Below, piece after piece: positions 45,919-56,639 of a DNA stretch of 64,000 nucleotides. How positions within the stretch are numbered: position 1 is the first letter of the stretch; each line of letters starts with the position of its first letter. The DNA is taken from the NCBI GenBank assembly GCA_977018835.1, contig OZ361260.1:1054001-1118000 (forward strand). The letters are read 5' to 3'. Under the pieces are notes generated by a model. That model saw only the letters and a program-made list of their open reading frames with translations. It made no database searches and was not told the DNA's origin. The translations under genes and the position numbers were made by a program. Source of the stretch: Minutocellus sp. GHC0000111 (Eukaryota).

Positions 45919-47049
45919 TTATCTCGGAACATAGTACGGAACCTTCAGATACTGACCATGTCGCAAGGGGAGAGTCTCGTGCTCCAGCTCCAACAGTTTT
46001 TCTCCTGTCTCAAAATCAACAATATCCTTGAATCGAAGTGTCCTAGACGCAAATGCTTCCTCCCACGTATCGCAGCTGTCCAACCTTGTAAATCTTGGAT
46101 TCGTCCATATCAAGTCCTTCCCCTTCAACCTATCGTATAAATACTTGAAGTTATTGGCATAGATGCAAATGTGAACGCCCTCCATGCCTTTGATTGTTTC
46201 GTCTGTGAGTTCAGGGTTTTCAGTATAGACCAAGTGAACCCCAGGACCAACCGTGATGGTACATCGTCCATCTCCATCATGCACGTCGCATTCCAACATT
46301 TGCTCGTAAAACTTGGCAATTCGAGCAGCCGTTCCAGATCGGCAGGCAATCTCCACATATCGAATACCGGGCTGGCCTCGCACCGCCATTCTAGGGCCGT
46401 ACACGCTGCCATCGGAATGCATATTGGTCATCTTTTGAGGCGAGGCCAGTCCACCATCAGTCTTGTCATCGTCGACTCCATACAAATGAAGGGTGTTGCC
46501 GTCAGGACAGGACATGGTGATGCAATCGTCTGAATCCTCAAGTACCGAATACTTCGTTCCTTCAAACAACGCGTTTGCCTCCACCATTCGTTCCCGTATG
46601 GTCGATAGACTGGGCACTGCCAGTCCAATGCTTCCCGTCACCACTTGCGCCGGGTCTCCATTTTCGGCCAGATGCAGCTGCTGCTGACCAAGGTTGACGT
46701 GGAAGCTTGGGGATTTGTCCTTGGTAAATCCCAGAAAATCCATGTAGAACTGCTCGGCGATGGGACGGGACGATACCACCAGATTGATGTGCTCCATCCA
46801 CATGATGCCATTGACGTCGAGAGAGGACGTGGCGCTACTGACGTCGGGGGCCGAGGCCTCGAGGACGGCCTGACGGAGGGCTGATCCTCCGCTGGAATTT
46901 TGGATGGTTGGGGTGGTCATTTTGGTAGGAGATAACGAGAGAGCAGAGCTGAGTGGCGATGCGAATAGGAAGACAAGAGTAGTCACAGCGCTGGCAGCGG
47001 CGCCGACGAAGCCTCTCATGGTTGGAAAATGAGGCAAACCTGCACGCAT
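45919..47049 (-). CDS. Glyoxalase/VOC-superfamily protein with signal peptide
   Basis: MEHINLVV..FYMDFLGF..HVNLGQQQLHL, CPDGN, IRYVE, HICIY, LELEHE. Confidence 0.72.
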   Translation of the reverse strand: MRAGLPHFPTMRGFVGAAASAVTTLVFLFASPLSSALSLSPTKMTTPTIQNSSGGSALRQAVLEASAPDVSSATSSLDVNGIMWMEHINLVVSSRPIAEQFYMDFLGFTKDKSPSFHVNLGQQQLHLAENGDPAQVVTGSIGLAVPSLSTIRERMVEANALFEGTKYSVLEDSDDCITMSCPDGNTLHLYGVDDDKTDGGLASPQKMTNMHSDGSVYGPRMAVRGQPGIRYVEIACRSGTAARIAKFYEQMLECDVHDGDGRCTITVGPGVHLVYTENPELTDETIKGMEGVHICIYANNFKYLYDRLKGKDLIWTNPRFTRLDSCDTWEEAFASRTLRFKDIVDFETGEKLLELEHETLPLRHGQYLKVPYYVPR

Positions 47050-48102
47050 TATTGGCTCAAGGTACCCGAGCCCTCAGCTACAAATTTAGCTTGTGTAGCA
47101 AGATTAAATTTGTGAGGGGTGGAGTGGAGGGGGGATCTGGTGGACCTTGCCTCGAAAAGTCACACCTAGTTAGGGTCATTAGGGTTGTTACTTAAAGAAA
47201 TGCATGCATCGAAAAATTTTGCACGACTGCTGCAGCAGCTTAGGTAGACCTGGTACTAAAAAGCAAGCCGGCCGAGGATGGCATCGCCATTTTAGGCAGG
47301 CTTTTACTGTGAAATTTTGGCTACCCCCTTTTTGCTTGATGATTCGGGACAATCTTCGCACGCACATTTTTTATCTTCAATTTTTGCCTCGCAAAATATT
47401 CAGCCATGAAGATTTTTATGATGAGGGCGACCACCAATGCCTTTGCACATGGCTATCAAGGCGGTCGCCGACGGCAATGAAACTTGCACAGCAGGTAGAC
47501 TAGATGATTGCGCATTCGTGGGTGCAAGTGCGGTCGAATTTGGTTGCATGTTTGTTGAGGAACGGTTCGTCGAAGATGTGCTTTTTGGGGGTGTCTTCGT
47601 GCATCTCGTCGATTGAGACTGAAAAATCATTACAACCCTAACCCTCACAGTTAAAACACTCGAAAATGCGCATGCGTTGGAATGACTGCCAAAAGTGCAA
47701 GTGTTGTCCGATCGCACATGTTTCCTCACAGAAAATAAGGCCTTTATCAACTTTTGGTTCGAAACCAGGCGTAATGATTATGCCAATGACCGAGGAAAAA
47801 AGGTGGTGAGAGAGCTGGCGAGGTTGCTTTGATTTATGTTGGTCTCCGGGTCTCTTGCGAAAATTGTTGATTCCGGCTTGCTTTCGAAAGTCTGCCGCTC
47901 TTTTGTGTCAGATAAAGGGAGGGAAGGGGGTGCGGGGGAGGGGGGAGCGGAGCGACGGGCTCCCCCGCTGGAGCTGGAGCTATGGTTCTCTAACGGTCTG
48001 TCTACACGTAGGCATTCACAAAGCTATGTAGTACACTGAAGTTTGGATAACTTAAGTTTATGATAGGTCTATCATGGTGAATTTTGGATAACTTAGGGTA
48101 TT

Positions 48103-48984
48103 TCACATTTCACATTGGTTGTATGTTTCATCTCTTTTTTTGGTCGTGCCGTCTTCTTCTGATTTGGCCTCATCTATGTTGACGTCTATTTTGTTCTTTG
48201 CAGCAGATCTTTTTCGGTCGTCTTTTTCTTCTGATGACTCTGAGATTGTTCGGATCGGCTTCGATAAATGCACACGTCCTCCATCGACGGAGCGTATCTT
48301 CCGTGCCTTGCCGTTGCCATCGACAATGGTTCTCCCAACCGACAAGGCCGGTGCCGATCGATACCTGCCAAGCCGCCCCGACCAACCAATTGCCGACCAT
48401 ATGCGGTCCAGTACGGACTGATTTGCGACATGTACCTTTGTGTATCCAACACCGAGGCGAACGTACGACTCCTCTTCGAAGAGATCGATGTACAAGTAAT
48501 CCTTTGGCTTGTCGCGACCGTCGTCCCTTTTGACCTCAGAGGGGAGCTGGGTAGGGAGCATATTTTCCTCACCGACACCACCGGCAAACCATCCAATGAT
48601 ATTGGCAAAGAACCCAACTCCAATCTTCTTGCCACTGTCGCCCTTTCGATTGGACGTTGCATATGTCGGCCGGGGACGCAGTACAAACCCGAAGCCGACG
48701 CCGTTTCCGAACAGCTTCCGGACCCGCTCCGCCTTGTCCTCGCTGTCAACAAGGACGAGACGATATCCATGATCGGCGACCTTCCGCTGCGTAAGGTCGG
48801 GACCGGTTACGAATGCGGGGCGCTTCTTGGCAACGCGCATCTTATTCGGAACGTGAAATTTATTTGCAAAGTACGGGAGCGTATCTCTGGGCAGGGGGAC
48901 GATGGCGGTAGTATCGATTGCCACCGCCACCACCACCACCTCAGCTGTTGTTGCGGTGCCCCCTCTGCTGGGCCAACCAGTCAT
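48103..48984 (-). CDS. Orphan basic ORF within AT-rich flanks
   Basis: 293-aa ORF; no recognisable domain; start uncertain. Confidence 0.4.
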   Translation of the reverse strand: MTGWPSRGGTATTAEVVVVAVAIDTTAIVPLPRDTLPYFANKFHVPNKMRVAKKRPAFVTGPDLTQRKVADHGYRLVLVDSEDKAERVRKLFGNGVGFGFVLRPRPTYATSNRKGDSGKKIGVGFFANIIGWFAGGVGEENMLPTQLPSEVKRDDGRDKPKDYLYIDLFEEESYVRLGVGYTKVHVANQSVLDRIWSAIGWSGRLGRYRSAPALSVGRTIVDGNGKARKIRSVDGGRVHLSKPIRTISESSEEKDDRKRSAAKNKIDVNIDEAKSEEDGTTKKRDETYNQCEM

Positions 48985-49603
48985 CTGCCGGGTTTGCCTG
49001 GTGGGGTTCGCGTTGTGCTATTACTAGGATTATGCGTTGAGCGAGTTTTTGATCATACCAGAAGTTTTATTAGCGCTTGTTTGAATAATGAGTTTTTTTT
49101 GTCGTGGTTTTCCTGGCATGTTTTAAAACTATTGTTATCGTGTTCTGATGAAGGACAGACAAGGAGGCACTTCCGCAGAAACATTATCTTTCTTACCGTT
49201 TGTTTAAACAATTAGTCATTTTACATGTGGTTTTACTGGCAGGTTTTACTATGGTGCTAATCCTTGGATGCAAGAAGTTTGGACCAAACAAATATCACTA
49301 TGAATTTCTGAGGGGAAAATCTCATCGGATCGCAAGCTAGCCCGTCAAATGACAAAAGAAATATATTTATTACAAATTGTCTCACAAATTACCATAATTG
49401 CCTGTAATGTTACTGGCAGGTTTTACAATTATATTATCAATTAACCCGACAGTAAAAAAAGAGGGGGAGAGAAAAAATGCATGACGCCTTCCCTTCCGTT
49501 CCCTTGTGTTCCCCTTTCTCCTCGAGCCCCCCCCTGGGATCAGTAGAAAGAGGTGTTTGTACTTTAAATCAGGCAGCAAGGCCGGGATACAAAGATTCGA
49601 AAG

Positions 49604-50704
49604 ATGCCGTTCCCCCAGTTGGTGCGTAGTTGTGTGTCCGGTCCTTTATCTCGTTATTTTCCTTGGCATTTACAAGGCCCTTGTTGTTTTCGCGCTAACG
49701 AGGTGGGGAGAAAGAATCGGCAGCGCCGTTTGGGCAAGAAGGCGGGTGACACGCAGAACGATGATGGGAGTGATGGAGGGACGAGCGGGAGACCCACGGT
49801 GATGAAGTGCACGGCCTGCAAGCGGGTTGTCGACTCTGCTACGTCGACATCGTGCCCGATCATTGAATGCGGTAGGGTGTTTTGCACCGACAAATGTGCC
49901 TCCACTTGCATCGTCACTTGTGGCAAATCCGGGTGCGAGACCCGCCGATGCCGACCCTGCGCCACCGGCAAGACCTGGTCGCTTCTGCACAGACGCAAGG
50001 TTGAAGTCATTTTGGGGTGTTCTCTGCGTGATTTTTATCGCATGGACAAGAAAGAACGGGCTGCTCTTCAATCGGAGCTTCGAGCCGCAAACGACACTGC
50101 CCGATCATCAATGACCGATGACCACAGGCCTTTTCATTTCTGTAAAAAGGCGGACGGGTGCAACCAAAGCTATTGTTGGGAGTGCTCCCTCCATCAATGT
50201 CATGACGATCGGATTGGTCGAACGACATGAGAATGCCCTTCTTGTCAGACTGTGCAATGCTCCCACTGCGCTGTCGAGTTTTGCTTGGAGTGCGATCCTC
50301 ATTTCAATTTCAGGTCGCAGACATGCAGCGGGTACCTTGAGGATAATGAACCCCAACCACAAACACCACCAACACCACTGTTGGAAGGCTCGATTATGGC
50401 CCGGCGACTTACGGCCCGGCAACTGTCCAAACAACGCCCGGCCTTCATGCACAGACTCTTTCGGATCGGGAAATGCGGACATTGCCTACGATTGGTTAAA
50501 TGGATCGCCACCGAAGATGGTGTTATCACGACCAAGCAGTGCGGCGGGTGCAAGGCTGTGTATTATTGCGATGAGATGTGTCAGGCTCATAACTGGCCAT
50601 TACATCGCGAAAAGTGCGCTTCCCTCAAAGAGCACACTGCCAGGGTCATGGAGAGAGAGGAAGCGAACAACCTTGAAGCACGAAAATATACTAACGTGTG
50701 CTAA
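49604..50704 (+). pseudogene. Cys-rich protein with C-terminal MYND finger; in-frame TGA at 50228-50230
   Basis: ORFs 49604-50230 and 50252-50704 share a frame (GRTT*ECPSC); CGHC..KQCGGCKAVYYCDEMCQAHNWPLHREKC. Confidence 0.7.
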
Positions 50705-51160
50705 CGTTTTAATACTAAATGTATCAAGTGCCGGCATGTCATCGTTTCGCATTAGTTTAAAATTGTTTGAAACACATTTGGTTCATTGGCAGTGAGATTC
50801 TTCAGGTTCCACCGCTTGAAATGCTAGACGTAAACGACGCGAACTAGGTGCTTTGGCCCAGCCCTTGCCTCAATTGCCATTTTGCCTGCTGTCCGGTCCG
50901 GAGAGCCATGCACCAAAGCACTGGTAGAAAGGCCTACAGCCTACAATTACTGGAATTGTGCGTGGCACATAGGTTTTACATAGCACATAAGAGGAACAAA
51001 CTCACACACATGTGTAAAATTGCACTGCAACTGTGTGCACATTTATAGATCTACTTGCATGCACCTACCGACCGGTTGCACCGGGAGGAAAAAAGTGCTA
51101 GATCTCCTTTCTATTGACCGTTTTTCCGCTTGTGCAAATTCCCTCAAAGCATCCATGTCC

Positions 51161-51995
51161 CAGATAAATTGACTTTTCACACTCCAACAGATAAATTGAC
51201 TTTTCACACTCCAACGATGGTGAAAAACACGATGAAGTTGTGGGGTGGACTAGTCGGGAGAGGGTGGTGGACTAGTCGGGGAGAGAAACGATGGACGTGG
51301 TGCCAAGGGAGCTCATTCAAATCGCAAGAAAGGGATCCTCGGTCGCTCAAGTTTGTGCGCCATGTTGCCGACGACCAACACTTTTGCAACAACTGGCTCC
51401 AACGCACAGCGGCGAGCATTAATTAAACTATTTTAATGTCTGCATGTTGTTGCAATGATCGCCAGTGTAAGATGCTTGGAGGCATCACAAAAAAAATTGG
51501 CGATGAAATGGAAGATTCCCCGGGCGGGCGTGGCACTCGACGAATCGGCGATGCTGCTGCTGAACGGGCAAAAAATGAGTGGACGAGCAGATTGGTCACG
51601 AGCAATTTTGCTGGTTTGCAACGACAAAATTCACCACGTCAGTGCCTGCAATCTGACAGAATTTGAGTGGATTCTGCTCACTCTGACGGATGGACGGCCA
51701 GGCCAGTGAACAGATTGCAACGTGCAGATTGGTCACAACACAGGCAAGCGCCAGCATCGCCAGGCAAGTTGAAGTCCGGGCAGTTGAAGTCCGGGCAGGC
51801 AAGTTGAAGTCCGGGCAGGCCACGCATGGCGCATGGCATGACGCGACGCGAAAGGCGCAAGATATGCAGGCAGAGGTGTTTGTACTTTGGTACAAAATAT
51901 TTGGCAACAGGTGTCTGCACTCTGAATCGAATCGCAATCGAATGAATCGAACCGAATGAATCAATCAGGAAGCAATGAATCATCGAATCGAATCG
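51161..51995. repeat. Cluster of short tandem repeats in non-coding DNA
   Basis: 27-mer CAGATAAATTGACTTTTCACACTCCAA x2 (51161-51214); GTGGACTAGTCGGG x2; AGTTGAAGTCCGGGC x3 (~51767-51816); dispersed GAATC pentamers. Confidence 0.8.
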
Positions 51996-52315
51996 TCGCT
52001 CGTCACGTCACATGATATCCTGCCATGTATCCGACGCCGCTGTCTTTGCCGTCCTCTTTCGGACGCTGTGACCGGCGGCTGGGTAGACCTCCCTTTCTAG
52101 CGATTGAATTGCCCAACTTTGTCTGACTTGCCCTCTTACGCGAGATCACTTGAACTGCTAAGACCGACGGAATAATACCCGGGAATTTTCGGTGGTGTCT
52201 TTTTGCTGAGAATCGAATCGGTCGTTGTTATTGAAATGATTTCTGTTTGTTGTTGCGATGCAGTTCATTCGGCGAGTGGCATTTGCGATCTCATTTTCCG
52301 CCGTAGAAGAACGCA

Positions 52316-53766
52316 ATGCCGTCGGTTGGAAACAACACCGGACAGGAGGAGGATGGTGGTACCGATGTCAAGCCGACGGTGGCCTCCAGGCACTCTCCAG
52401 GCAGGCTTGGCAAGGACCTGCTCGATGCCTACAAGAACATGGAAGCATTCAACGATGTGACGCTCGTCGGAGTTGATGGTGGCAAAGTCCCAGCTCCGAA
52501 ATTATTGCTTGCCGCGAGAAGCACGTATTTTGAGCGACTTCTGATGGGCGTTTTCGAGGAGGGGGGCAAAGATGAAGTTTGCCTACACCACCCTTCTTGC
52601 ACTTCCGAAGTGTTGAACTATGTGGTGGAATACCTTATATCCGGCGAGATCCGACGTTTCCGCTCGTGCGTCTATCTACCACACGAAGAAGAGTTTGGCA
52701 AACACGATCACATTGGTGGCGCCGTTCTCAGGATCATGGTGAGAGTGGACTATGCCGCTCACTATTTGGGTCTTGATAGCCTTCAATCTTACGTTGAGAC
52801 GATGATCAATAATCGTATGTTTGCAACTGACTACGAGGAGCCAGAGGATGGTGATACGTATCACCCCAATATTGAAACAGACCGCACGGACGAAATTGAT
52901 GCAGCAGCAATTTACGATGAGTCCACAAAATACCAAGAATTGACCATCATTCAATCCCTTGCTCTTCGGAGAATTGTCGACCTTGGCATTCACGAACTTA
53001 TCGATCACGACGTCTGGGGCAGTCCCGATGGTCTGTCAATGGACGAATATCGCGATATACGATACAACCCAGTGTATGAGCTGCGGTACGAAAGTCTACT
53101 CCAGCTCATGGCGGTATACTTCTGGGGAATCATCGCTCCTGCACATGCATATGATATAGATGGACCGGTCATTCGGGAGGAGAAAGAACAATTGAAGTCT
53201 AGAGAATGCTAGTTGAGAGCCGTCTCACATCTGCAAAGCAGCTTGTTTCCAATATCGACCTGCGGTTCCTTCCCACGCAATATCTCTTGGGTCGAGTCAA
53301 TGATTCTGGGCTTGTTACTCCCGAGCACATTCTGGACGTACAAAATATGCAATTCAAATCGGCGTTTGCATTTGTGCGTGGAGCCGGTACGGACATTGTG
53401 AACGGACTTTCCGAATGGGTAGGCCACATTTGTCTTGAGGAAGGCGCTTCTTGGGAGGCCAGTGCTGAAGATAGTATTTCATACAAGAAGATCGGCGAAA
53501 CCGAAAGTGTCCCAATGACTCTCTTCCTTCATTCCGATAGGAAATCCACTTTCGTCGCATTAGGAAGTGGTTCTGTTACAGATGGGATGCAGACTACTTA
53601 TTATGCGACAACAATTCCAAGAAACTTTCTCAATACCAATTCTGCATTGTGCGGAGAAAATGTTGTCTATCAGAAAGGCACTGAAGGAGAAGGTAAGAGT
53701 CCATTTCCAACCATTGATTTTTCTCCTCCCCAAAACAGAGCCGCCAGGGAAGTGAGATTGGGATGA
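52316..53766 (+). CDS. BTB/POZ-domain protein; apparent frameshift at ~53205
   Basis: DVTLVG.DG.KVPAPKLLLAARSTYFERLL.G.F.E; a second ORF continues with IDLRFLP..LL..V..SGLV (BACK-like). Confidence 0.75.
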
Positions 53767-54014
53767 ATTGGGCGGCACACCCGCGTCGCAGTTAAAGCCG
53801 ACACTCTTCAAAATCAGTTTTTTAAACATATACACGAACGTATGCTATCGTTTCGAATTACTTTAATTGCTTTACATGTAGAACTGCCGAATCATCGAGC
53901 TTTAGGTAACGCGATATTGCCTAGCTACTGTTTTAGACTCGACAAATCATAAAACGATCGTAATTTGCTTTGCAAATCGAGGCCGGGGCATCAATGTTGC
54001 GTCGCTGTGTAATT

Positions 54015-54806
54015 CTACTTAGGAAAAAATTGGTGGCCCTTTCGTACCTTGGCATTCAATGATGGCTCTTCATATGAGATCGGCTGCGTCACACTTCTTT
54101 CCGACCTCCGCGTTCCACATGAGGTATCCCTAACAGCAGGGGGAAGTGCCGCACCTGCCTGACTTGAACTGACAGCAAAAATAGCGTGCTCACCACTTGA
54201 GTCGGGAGAAGTTGTGAGAGACATACTCTGGAGGTGTTGCTCAAGACCGGGGGAAACGGTAAGGTCGATGATTCCGGCCAGAGAAGGCGCTATCTCGACG
54301 CCGCCACCAGCATTGCCAAAAATGGGGTCTTCGCTGCCATCATCATCGTCACCGACCTCGGATTCCTCGTCGCTGCTACTATCACCGGAAAGGAGCTGCC
54401 TCCTGTACGCGAGTTTGGCCTCTACAGCCGCCCGAAGGGCTGCCTCGGCATGGGTTAGATCCTCATTGGTAGCTGCGATAGCTGCTTTAAGACCAGTGCG
54501 CTTGTCAATGGCGAGCTGGAGTTCGACCTGAAGCTTTGCCTCCAATCTCGCCAATTTCTTCTTGGCCTTTCTATCATTGGGATCATCCTTGACGAAGGCC
54601 CTCAAGTCAAGGATATCATGACCAAGTTCAGTCTCGTTCAGAATGCTCGACCGAAGGTCTGATGTCATGTTCTCTTCTTCGGTCTTGTGGCCTTCAGGCT
54701 TCTCTTTGAGGCTTAGAACGACCATGCGTTTTGCAGTAACATCATCAATCAGCGCAGCTGCGGTCGTGGACCGCCCGGAGGCGGTACTTCTCGCAGATAG
54801 AATCAT
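54015..54806 (-). CDS. Coiled-coil protein with C-terminal Shugoshin (SGO) motif
   Basis: RRSERS...ISYEEPSLNAKVRKGHQFF matches the SGO basic motif. Confidence 0.7.
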   Translation of the reverse strand: MILSARSTASGRSTTAAALIDDVTAKRMVVLSLKEKPEGHKTEEENMTSDLRSSILNETELGHDILDLRAFVKDDPNDRKAKKKLARLEAKLQVELQLAIDKRTGLKAAIAATNEDLTHAEAALRAAVEAKLAYRRQLLSGDSSSDEESEVGDDDDGSEDPIFGNAGGGVEIAPSLAGIIDLTVSPGLEQHLQSMSLTTSPDSSGEHAIFAVSSSQAGAALPPAVRDTSCGTRRSERSVTQPISYEEPSLNAKVRKGHQFFPK

Positions 54807-55100
54807 TCTTTTTAGCGCTACACTTTATTGGCATAAACTCGTTGGCACGTTGGTGTAGTTTGCTGGAACGGAAGACAGATAGATTTTGTTTTGAATCTGC
54901 GTTTGTTGTTTGCAATACTTTCTTTGATCGAATGTTAGTAGTTCAGTCGTGGTAGTGTGATTTGTGATTTGTGGTAGGCGCTTCTTCACTGGGCAAAATC
55001 TCAGACACGCGGGCTGCAAGTGAAAAACATCGAAGAGTATTGGTCTGCTGCCGTATGCAACTTTCCCCCTTCCTGGTCTGACAAGAAATTCCACCCCAAC

Positions 55101-56372
55101 CTACCTCCCCTGAAACAGCTCCGTCATAGAGGAACAGACTGGAAAGCTTCCATTGCTACATGTATTCGCAGCGTTGCTCCAATCGGCTGGCCGACGCCGG
55201 AGAACAGCGTGCGCTCCCGCATCTAGTGCCGTCAAAAGATCCTTCTCGTTCACGCTCAAGACAATCATATCCTTGATATCAACATTCATCCGCTGCGCAA
55301 TTGCGTGATAACTCTTGGGGTCCGTCTTTGGACCGACAGATTCATTCGTTGTTGTAGCACCGGTAGCTGTATCAAAATATCCCGTGATGAATAGACCCAT
55401 GTCGCCTTGACTCGACAATCTCATCATTTGCATCTGCTCCTTCACGCTTGGATCGGCATATAAACACACCAGTATGCCCATGGCCTTGCACATTCCCAGC
55501 GTTGGAAGCACATCCGGATAGATATGCCCTTCCCGTCCTTCTCCTCCTCCATTTTGGTGCGCCATTGTATTCCGACGTCCAATCTTCCATATCTCACCCT
55601 GAATTGACAGCAGTTCCTCTGTTTGGACATTGCTTTCCAGCAGGACATGGACACATCCTTCGATGACGGCATCGTCGCCGGCATCACTCTTTCTATTTGA
55701 CTGTATCTCCTCCCACACATGCTTCGGCATCTGCCGTTGCATCCTACGGACCATGCGCTGCTTGTCAACACCAGATAAAGTGGCTAGATATGCCGGGAGA
55801 TGTCGACGGGTGTAGTCCTCGTGGCATTTCCGCGCGTAGTCCTGGCAGGTCATGCATCCCTCGATGTCCAATACCAACAGCTTGCCGTCTCGTGGGAGCT
55901 TGGGCAGTGCTTGCGTACTGGTGGGCTGTGTTTCATCAACCGACGGTGGTACCGCCTGCTGATCGCCTGGACCAGCCGATTGCGACGTGGCAGTATCAAC
56001 CCCATTGGGAGAAGCTCCAGACACTTCTCTGCCATTAGGATTGCCGCTGACGTTGTCGTCATCGACCCTCCCCCTCTTGGCCGGTGGTGGCTGGGCATTG
56101 TTGTCATGCGCGTCCTCCTGGTGAGAGTTATGGTTTGGACTCGAATTCGTCATCATCTCGCTGCTGCTCGACGAGCCAGGACCGACTGAAGCATCCCCTG
56201 CGCCGAGATGCTGCTGGACAACTGCGCTCAGAGCCGACAGTCCGGCCTGTTTGGAACCACCGTCGTCCATCGCCGTTGACTTTGCCGTTTGCCAACTTGG
56301 GCCTGCGCTTGCGTGGCTGGAGGATGGACGACTGCGCGTTGTGCAGTTTTTTGCTTCAAGTTCCTGTGTCAT
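55101..56372 (-). CDS. Enolase-phosphatase E1 (MtnC)-like HAD hydrolase, divergent, with long N-terminal extension
   Basis: VLDIEG, L.SIQGEIWKIG, GHIYPDV, SVKEQ, GYFDT..GPK..PKSY..I. Confidence 0.78.
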   Translation of the reverse strand: MTQELEAKNCTTRSRPSSSHASAGPSWQTAKSTAMDDGGSKQAGLSALSAVVQQHLGAGDASVGPGSSSSSEMMTNSSPNHNSHQEDAHDNNAQPPPAKRGRVDDDNVSGNPNGREVSGASPNGVDTATSQSAGPGDQQAVPPSVDETQPTSTQALPKLPRDGKLLVLDIEGCMTCQDYARKCHEDYTRRHLPAYLATLSGVDKQRMVRRMQRQMPKHVWEEIQSNRKSDAGDDAVIEGCVHVLLESNVQTEELLSIQGEIWKIGRRNTMAHQNGGGEGREGHIYPDVLPTLGMCKAMGILVCLYADPSVKEQMQMMRLSSQGDMGLFITGYFDTATGATTTNESVGPKTDPKSYHAIAQRMNVDIKDMIVLSVNEKDLLTALDAGAHAVLRRRPADWSNAANTCSNGSFPVCSSMTELFQGR

Positions 56373-56639
56373 GTGTATGGCCTCATGTGATCAAAAAGCA
56401 TGTCTTGAGGTGGACGATATTTCTTTCATACGTCATAAATGAACAATATGGGATCCCCAGAAAACCCAACAGCCCCTCCACTCCACAAGACCAAATTTGG
56501 CGGCGCCGCCGCCGCGCCGCGATGCAACCAGCAAGTGCGGAGAAGGCATCGGAGGTTGCTTGCGCACCGCCGGTCTTTGTATCGTCCCACTGTAGGAAAG
56601 CTCATTCTTTCCTTCCCAATTGCATTGCATTACTCAACC

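Noticed and set aside
47170..47645. TTAGGG x2 and CCCTAACCCT facing each other
   Set aside because: Too short (at most 2 units) to call an interstitial telomere or TIR; could be telo-boxes or chance.
34815..50230. Three in-frame TGAs suggesting a reassigned genetic code
   Set aside because: TGA is the normal stop of several genes here (e.g. 13027, 22651). The three sites appear to correspond to different residues and co-occur with frameshifts.
51161..51995. Repeat cluster as a CRISPR-like array
   Set aside because: Units are directly tandem, of different families, 2-3 copies each, without unique spacers; eukaryotic context with no cas genes.
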